Below are positions 46,658-52,603 of a DNA stretch of 52,603 bases, piece after piece. Made by a program: the position numbers and the translations under genes. The notes below the pieces were generated by a model that saw nothing but the letters and a program-made list of their open reading frames with translations, was not told the origin of the DNA and did not search any database. This DNA is from Acidobacteriota bacterium (lineage in GTDB: Bacteria; Acidobacteriota; UBA6911; JACQSX01), in contig DASXQR010000208.1 of assembly GCA_036507075.1 (NCBI GenBank), positions 1-52,603 on the forward strand. The letters are read 5' to 3'. The stretch's first letter is position 1, and each line of letters opens with the position of its first letter.

Positions 46658-47185
46658 CTACAAATTCTCACCGTGCCGCATCATCACCAGGGCGTGTTCG
46701 GCCGGGTCCTTGTAATACCACTGGCGTCTTCCATGATTCACAAAGCCGTGCGAGTGATAAAAGTGAATCGCGCCGCTGTTGGACTCGCGTACTTCCAGGA
46801 AACATTTAAACGCGCCCCGCACCCCTGCCATTTCAAGAAATCGGTGCATCATGAGGCTGCCGATTCCCTGGCGCTGATGCCGCTGGTCTACGGCAAGCTT
46901 GTAGATTTCGACGTCGGGCGGAAAGATGCGCCCCGCGATAAATCCCACGATTTTTGGGCCACCGGCGGCGAAATCTCCTCTTCCATCCAGCCGGCCTTCC
47001 GCCAGGGCGATCAGTCCGTGGAAACCTGGATCCCCGATCAGCATGTTTACGTAGTCCTGGCTACGCCATACTTCCAGCCCGCAGTTCTGCTCGAGCGCCA
47101 TCACTTCGCTCACATGATGCGAAAGAAATGTCTCCAGACGAATTTCCGGATCCCGCGTCTGTTGTACCTCGCTTCGCATTCTCAT
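46658..47185 (-). CDS. rimI: RimI-like GNAT acetyltransferase
   Basis: LAVD...QRQGIG, FLEVRESN..AI.FY...GF...GRR..YY.DP.E.A..M; ATGA overlap with tsaB. Confidence 0.88.
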   Translation of the reverse strand: MRMRSEVQQTRDPEIRLETFLSHHVSEVMALEQNCGLEVWRSQDYVNMLIGDPGFHGLIALAEGRLDGRGDFAAGGPKIVGFIAGRIFPPDVEIYKLAVDQRHQRQGIGSLMMHRFLEMAGVRGAFKCFLEVRESNSGAIHFYHSHGFVNHGRRQWYYKDPAEHALVMMRHGENL

Positions 47186-47877
47186 CGTGTTTTTGCTTTG
47201 ACGGTCTGCCCTGCTCCTGTGTCGGCATCCGGAGGCCGGACATAGTACGCATCGATCAAGTCGGCCGCCGGCAAGTCGCCGCTCTTGAGTTTCCGGAGCG
47301 CGCTGCAAACAGCCGAGCGCGCGATAAAGCAATCCGACGGTATGACCCTGTGTCCTGCTTGTTCGATCAGGTCGCGATAAATCTGCGTTCCATCACCCAC
47401 GAACTTCACGTCTTCCCGTGACAGGGATGCAATCCATCTGCCCGGCGCTTCGACTTCAGCCTCACGAATCATAACAGGCGGAGCCAGCGCGGAGTCCCGC
47501 GTGTAAAGAGCTGCAAAGACCTGCCCGCGCCGCGCGTCCATGAATGCTGCGACAGTCCCGCGGGTGAGCGCGCTTTCAGCCAGAGCGTCCAGGCTGGTCA
47601 CTCCAACCAGGGGGCGTTGCAGTCTTAAGGCCAGGGCTTTCATGCTGGCAATGCCGACGCGAAGACCCGTGAAAGAACCAGGTCCGGTGACAACGACAAG
47701 AGCATCAAGCTGCTCCAGGTTAGTTTCGGCAAGTTGAAGCACCGTGTCTATCATCTCAAGCAATTTCTGTGAGAATGTCAAACCAAGGTTTACATTCAAC
47801 TCGCAGATGACCTGCTCTGCGCAGGCCAGGCAAACGCCTCCTCTGCGACTACTGGTATCTGCCGAAAGGATTTTCAT
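47182..47877 (-). CDS. tsaB: t6A biosynthesis protein TsaB
   Basis: IL.ADTS, GPGSFTGLRVG, DARRGQVF, Y.RP.DA. Confidence 0.95.
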   Translation of the reverse strand: MKILSADTSSRRGGVCLACAEQVICELNVNLGLTFSQKLLEMIDTVLQLAETNLEQLDALVVVTGPGSFTGLRVGIASMKALALRLQRPLVGVTSLDALAESALTRGTVAAFMDARRGQVFAALYTRDSALAPPVMIREAEVEAPGRWIASLSREDVKFVGDGTQIYRDLIEQAGHRVIPSDCFIARSAVCSALRKLKSGDLPAADLIDAYYVRPPDADTGAGQTVKAKTR

Positions 47878-47937
47878 TCAACAGCCCAAGGATACCAATA
47901 CACCTATGGCGTTTGGAAGACTGACAGTACCCATCGA

Positions 47938-48029
47938 AATGACAAACTGCTATTCTTGCGCTTATCTTCGTGGTCTTTGTGTCAATGACAAACTGCTATT
48001 CTTGCGCTTATCTTCGTGGTCTTTGTGTC
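47938..48029 (+). repeat. Perfect 46-bp tandem duplication
   Basis: AATGACAAACTGCTATTCTTGCGCTTATCTTCGTGGTCTTTGTGTC at 47938-47983 and 47984-48029. Confidence 0.95.
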
Positions 48030-48074
48030 TTTGTGGTTGATTTCTTTCACCACGAAGACACAAAGATCACAAAA
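48011..48074. repeat. Back-to-back 8/9-mer arms in the tsaB-mutS divergent region
   Basis: TCTTTGTGTCTTTGTGGT-n-CACCACGAAGACACAAAGA. Confidence 0.85.
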
Positions 48075-48112
48075 AGGGCATCAAGCAAATTCTTTCTACT
48101 CCGGTTTGCGAC

Positions 48113-50611
48113 ATGACAGACGATTCATTGACCCCGATGATGCGCCAGTACCGGCAGATCAAACAGGAACATCCGGATGCGCTGCTTTTCTTTCGGCTGG
48201 GCGATTTTTATGAAATGTTCTTCGAAGACGCTCTACTCGCCGCCCGCGAGCTGGAGATTACGCTCACTTCAAGGAATCGAGACAAGAACGGCATTCCGGT
48301 CCCCATGTGCGGCGTGCCCTACCATTCTGCCGCCGGCTACATTGTTCGCCTGATCCAAAACGGACACCGGGTCGCCATCTGCGAGCAGGTGGAGGACCCT
48401 CGCACCGCGGTGGGCATCGTCAAGCGCGAGGTGATCCGCGTGATCACTCCCGGCACGCTGCTCGATGACCTGGCGCTGGAACCCAAGAGCCACAATTACA
48501 TCGCATCGGTCCACCTGATGGAGGGTTCGGCGGGTGTCGCGCTGGCGGATCTCTCCACCGGTCACTTCGTGCTCAGCGACTTTGTGGGCGAACGCGCTCA
48601 GCAGGAACTGCTTTCGCTGATCTCTTCCTTTCAGCCTTCCGAAATTATCGTTCCCGAATCGCAGAAGCAGCGACTGCTGCAGAGTAAGCTGGTCGAATTG
48701 CCCTGCATCAGCGCCGCAGACGAGTGGACTTTCCACGCCGATCGGGCCCGTTCGGACCTGCAGGATCAATTTCACCTGGCAACGCTCGAAGGCCTGGGAA
48801 TTCCCTCAGGCAGCCTGGCAGTGCCGGCAGCGGGCGGGCTGCTTCAATACCTGAGAAAGACGCAGAAGTCGGCGTTGGAACACCTGCGCCTTCCCTCTTA
48901 TCTGCACAAGACGGATTTCCTCCGCATCGATTCCATCAGCGCAAGGAATCTGGAGTTGGTGCAATCTGTGGACGGCCTCCGAAAGTGGACCCTTTTTTCT
49001 GTCGTCGACTTCACCCAGACCGGCATGGGAGGGCGACTCTTGAAGGAATGGCTGCTCAGACCAAGCCTCAAACTGGACACGATCCAGCGACGCCAGGATG
49101 CTGTCGAGGAGCTCGCGGGCAACCTGATACTGCGGCGCGAGCTCTGCGATCAGCTTTCGGCAGTCCATGACCTGGAGCGGCTCCTGTCAAGAGTCGTGTT
49201 GGGTGTGAGCACTCCGCGCGAAATGGCAGGCCTGGGGATTTCGCTCAAGCAGCTCCCAAAAATCAAGGGCAGCCTCTCGCAGGCGCAGTCGCACCTGCTC
49301 GCTTCAATGGCGAGCCTGGATACGCTTGATGACACTTCCCAACTGCTGGAAAGAGCGCTGGCAGACGATCCCCCCCTTACCGTTCTGGACGGGGGCGTGA
49401 TTCGCGACGGTTATCATAATGAGCTTGACGGCCTTCGAAGCATTCGCCGCGACGGCAAGAGCTACATCGCATCAATAGAGAGCCGGGAACGCGCACGCAC
49501 CCGCATTTCTTCATTGAAAGTAAAGTACAACCGCGTCTTTGGATACTTCATTGAAGTGACGCGATCGCAACTGCACCTGGTGCCGGGCGATTTCATGCGC
49601 AAGCAGACTGTTGCCAACGCGGAGCGATTCATCACCGCCGAGTTGAAAGAGTACGAGGAAAAGGTGCTTACGGCAGAAGAGCGAATTCTCGACCTGGAGC
49701 GGGAGTTGTTTGCGGATTTGCGCGCGAAGGTGGCGGCGGCCCATGCGCGTATTCAGGCGAGCGCTTCGGCGGTGGCCGAGCTGGATGCCGCCGCCGCCCT
49801 GGCGGAGGCAGCGCACCGTTACCGGTATTGCAGGCCTGTGGTGGACGATTCCACGGTGATTGAAATCCGCAATGGGCGACATCCGGTGCTCGAGCAGCGC
49901 GATGATCAGCCGTTCACTCCTAATGATTTCTACGCCGACACGAAAACGCATCAGGTGCTGATCATTACCGGTCCGAATATGGGAGGAAAATCTACTTTCC
50001 TGCGTCAGAACGCGCTGATTGTGATCCTGGCCCAGATGGGTTCCTTTGTTCCCGCAGACTCCTGTCGTGTCGGATTGGTGGATCAGATTTTCACTCGCGT
50101 TGGCGCCTCAGACAATCTGGCGCGCGGCCGCTCCACCTTCATGGTGGAAATGATCGAGACGGCAAACATCCTGAACAATGCCACTACCCGAAGTCTGATC
50201 CTGCTCGATGAGGTGGGAAGAGGGACAGCGACCTTCGACGGGCTTTCCATCGCATGGTCGATCGCCGAATTCCTGCACAATGACCCGTTGCGCAAAGCCA
50301 AGACCATCTTTGCCACGCACTACCATGAGTTGACGAAACTGGAGCGTTTGTATGATGGCGTAAAGAACCTTTGTGTCACGGTCAATGAAGCCGGAGATGA
50401 CATCGTGTTTTTACACAAGGTGATGCCGGGAAACGCGGACAAGAGCTATGGCATTGAGGTGGCCCGTCTGGCGGGACTGCCGCAGCCGGTTTTGCGGCGC
50501 GCACGAGAGATTCTCAAGAAGCTGGAACGAAAAGAAATCGACCTTTCCGGTCAGTCGCGAAGCAGGACCACGGACGACGTGTTGACCGAAATCCAGAAGA
50601 ATCTCTTTTGA
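48113..50611 (+). CDS. mutS: DNA mismatch repair protein MutS
   Basis: TPMMRQY, FRLGDFYEMF.EDA, ITGPNMGGKST, STFMVEM, DEVGRGT, FATHYHEL. Confidence 0.98.
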   Translation: MTDDSLTPMMRQYRQIKQEHPDALLFFRLGDFYEMFFEDALLAARELEITLTSRNRDKNGIPVPMCGVPYHSAAGYIVRLIQNGHRVAICEQVEDPRTAVGIVKREVIRVITPGTLLDDLALEPKSHNYIASVHLMEGSAGVALADLSTGHFVLSDFVGERAQQELLSLISSFQPSEIIVPESQKQRLLQSKLVELPCISAADEWTFHADRARSDLQDQFHLATLEGLGIPSGSLAVPAAGGLLQYLRKTQKSALEHLRLPSYLHKTDFLRIDSISARNLELVQSVDGLRKWTLFSVVDFTQTGMGGRLLKEWLLRPSLKLDTIQRRQDAVEELAGNLILRRELCDQLSAVHDLERLLSRVVLGVSTPREMAGLGISLKQLPKIKGSLSQAQSHLLASMASLDTLDDTSQLLERALADDPPLTVLDGGVIRDGYHNELDGLRSIRRDGKSYIASIESRERARTRISSLKVKYNRVFGYFIEVTRSQLHLVPGDFMRKQTVANAERFITAELKEYEEKVLTAEERILDLERELFADLRAKVAAAHARIQASASAVAELDAAAALAEAAHRYRYCRPVVDDSTVIEIRNGRHPVLEQRDDQPFTPNDFYADTKTHQVLIITGPNMGGKSTFLRQNALIVILAQMGSFVPADSCRVGLVDQIFTRVGASDNLARGRSTFMVEMIETANILNNATTRSLILLDEVGRGTATFDGLSIAWSIAEFLHNDPLRKAKTIFATHYHELTKLERLYDGVKNLCVTVNEAGDDIVFLHKVMPGNADKSYGIEVARLAGLPQPVLRRAREILKKLERKEIDLSGQSRSRTTDDVLTEIQKNLF

Positions 50612-50621
50612 GAAAAAACAT

Positions 50622-50775
50622 TTCCACCACGGAGGCACAGCCCCAAATGCGGATTTTGGAATGCGGAATGCGGAATAGGGAGTGATTTGGGTTCGGCTTC
50701 GAAGATTTGAGTTGAAAATTATTCCGCATTCCGCATTCCGCATTCCGCATTTGGTACTCTGTCTCTGTGGTGAAA
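50622..50775. repeat. Heptamer-armed element (copy 3, 50643-50754) nested between CACCAC.GAG arms
   Basis: Outer arms 50622-50640 and 50757-50775; the inner spacer resembles that of 46530-46633. Confidence 0.88.
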
Positions 50776-50801
50776 GCGTTCTATCAGTATAGAGGCCCCT
50801 G

Positions 50802-52511
50802 TTGCCGCTGCGCTCTCGAACCTTAACCTTCCTTTTAATATGCTTCCCTTATTTTCTCAATCTCGGCGTCTCATCAATCTGGGACGCCAATGAAGCATTG
50901 TATGCGGAGACTTCCCGCGAAATGCTGGAAAGCGGCGATTTTCTGCACCCACAGTTCAATGGTCAGCCCAGAATTCAAAAGCCACCTTTGACTTACTGGG
51001 TCATTGCCGCAAGTTACGCCGCTTTGGGTGTAAGTGAGTTTTCGACCCGCTTTCCTTCCGCGCTGGCGGTGGCAGGTCTTTTCCTGTTTATCATCCTCGG
51101 CCTGGGTCGAATTTCGGCGGCTTGCCGCGCTGCGGCCGTGTACAAGGTTGATCCCGAGGCTGGACTTCCCGTCAACGGCGTAAACGGCTTCACAACAGAG
51201 ACGGCGCTGCTGGCGGCGGCGATACTCGCCACCGTACCCCGATTTTTTATCGTGGCGCGCCGGCTTCCCATTGATTGTCTCTTTACAGTGTTTTTGACCG
51301 TTTCCCTGCTGCTGGTGATGTGGGGCTCCTGCCGCCCGTGGATGCCAGGCCGCAGCGCAGTCAACATACGGATCTGGCTGGCGGCCGGTTTTTTGGCCGG
51401 CCTCGCCGTTCTGACCAAAGGCCCCGTTGCAATCGTGATCGAAGTATCGATTGCGGCGTTGTTTGCGCTTGCAGAGAAGAAATGGCCATGGAGGAACTAT
51501 CTTATCTGGGCTGGGGCGGTCGTGCTGGTAGTGTTTCCCTACTATGCAGTCCTGGCGGCGCGCGGAGAATCGGGCGCCATCTGGAGTTTTCTTTTCAAGG
51601 AAAACCTCGGCCGCTACACGACCCTGGTCTTTGGACCGTCCCGGAGCTCCTTCTATTACTTTCGTATCCTGTTCGCGGATGCCTTCCCCTGGAGCTGGTT
51701 CCTGCCCGCGGCTGTTTATTACTTCCACCAGGTTCGAAAAGCGCACGGCGGCCTGATTCCCGGCGGCCGGATGACGCGCTTTTGCGCCATCTGGTTTACG
51801 GTGATATTTGTGCTGTTCAGCATCTCGCGCAACAAGCAGGAGTACTACATTCTGCCCGCTTATCCGGCGATGGCGATTCTGCTTGCCTGGTATTTCCAAG
51901 GCGGCTCAGCACGCGCTCTGACCAGTTTAAAGATTACGGCGCGTATGCTGGCAACCATGTTCTTCTTGCTGGCGGGATCATTGTTGTGGCTTTCGGCAGT
52001 TTTTCACATCGGAGTGGCGGGCTGGGTGATACCTGCGCTGCTGCTAGCCGCCGCTTCGTTTCTCTGGTTTCGTCCGGAGCCTCCGGCGCTCGCGGCCGGA
52101 ACCCTTGCCTTGTTGCTGTTGCTGGCAATGGTAGATGTGTGTGTGACGTTTTTGCCGGCACTGGAATTCCTCCGACCGGCCAGGCAACTGGCACAACAGA
52201 TTTCAGGACGCCTTGGTCGCGGAGATCGCGCGGGCTATTTCCGATACACCAGCCCGAGCATGGCATTCTATTTGAGGCGTCCTATTCTGGAGTTGTATGA
52301 AAACGACGAGTTGCAGCAGGCGATGGCTGAGCCGGGTAGACTCTTTTTGCTGATGGAAGCGCAAACCTACGAGAACCTGCCTCAAAACTTGAAGTCGCAG
52401 CTTTCAATCATGAATACAGCGGTCCGGATTCCCACGCGAGCCGCAGATTTTTTCAATTTCACGCGATCGAGAGAGCTGCCCCGACTGCTGGTTGTGGCGA
52501 AAGAGGAGTGA
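50802..52511 (+). CDS. ArnT/PMT-like (GT-C) glycosyltransferase
   Basis: D.NE..YAE.SREM..SGD...P..NG.P...KPPL.YW, LTKGP, SRNK..YYILP.YP; many TM helices. Confidence 0.92.
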   Translation: MPLRSRTLTFLLICFPYFLNLGVSSIWDANEALYAETSREMLESGDFLHPQFNGQPRIQKPPLTYWVIAASYAALGVSEFSTRFPSALAVAGLFLFIILGLGRISAACRAAAVYKVDPEAGLPVNGVNGFTTETALLAAAILATVPRFFIVARRLPIDCLFTVFLTVSLLLVMWGSCRPWMPGRSAVNIRIWLAAGFLAGLAVLTKGPVAIVIEVSIAALFALAEKKWPWRNYLIWAGAVVLVVFPYYAVLAARGESGAIWSFLFKENLGRYTTLVFGPSRSSFYYFRILFADAFPWSWFLPAAVYYFHQVRKAHGGLIPGGRMTRFCAIWFTVIFVLFSISRNKQEYYILPAYPAMAILLAWYFQGGSARALTSLKITARMLATMFFLLAGSLLWLSAVFHIGVAGWVIPALLLAAASFLWFRPEPPALAAGTLALLLLLAMVDVCVTFLPALEFLRPARQLAQQISGRLGRGDRAGYFRYTSPSMAFYLRRPILELYENDELQQAMAEPGRLFLLMEAQTYENLPQNLKSQLSIMNTAVRIPTRAADFFNFTRSRELPRLLVVAKEE

Positions 52512-52546
52512 AGCACTCTTCAATACCAGCCGAGCCGCGCGCGGAT

Positions 52547-52603
52547 TTGCCACGAAGCCACGAAGACACGAAGGACAACGATTGAATTAGAAGTGCCACC
52601 TCT
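52547..52603. repeat. Left arm of the 8-mer family plus AGAAGTGCCACCTCT box (cut by the window end)
   Basis: Arm 52547-52573; box 52589-52603. Confidence 0.85.

Overview
Mostly core chromosomal DNA from a GC-rich Gram-negative bacterium, probably Acidobacteriota (inferred from the fused lptF-lptG gene, the Ig-domain Pal and the general gene set). Housekeeping genes include lptFG, aceE-aceF, mqnC, uxaC, miaB, recN, the tolQRAB-pal-cpoB operon, ssb, tsaB-rimI and mutS. There is a small accessory patch at about 14-17 kb and a seven-gene ABC exporter / LolA-like / outer-membrane barrel / LytS kinase / REC-PP2C / LytTR locus at 35.4-43.9 kb. No rRNA, tRNA, CRISPR array or transposase was recognised. 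The most unusual signal is non-coding. Most larger intergenic gaps hold a structured palindromic element: inverted arrays of 7-, 8- or 9-bp units, GTAG-type REP doublets, or long perfect hairpins, often nested inside one another. The 8-bp family carries a conserved internal palindrome (AGAAGTGnCACTTCT) about 15 bp inside its arms. One heptamer family is a dispersed ~104-bp unit with a conserved spacer. A 28-bp XerC/XerD dif-like site lies at 20880-20907. All calls come from reading the sequence and motifs by eye; no database search was run.
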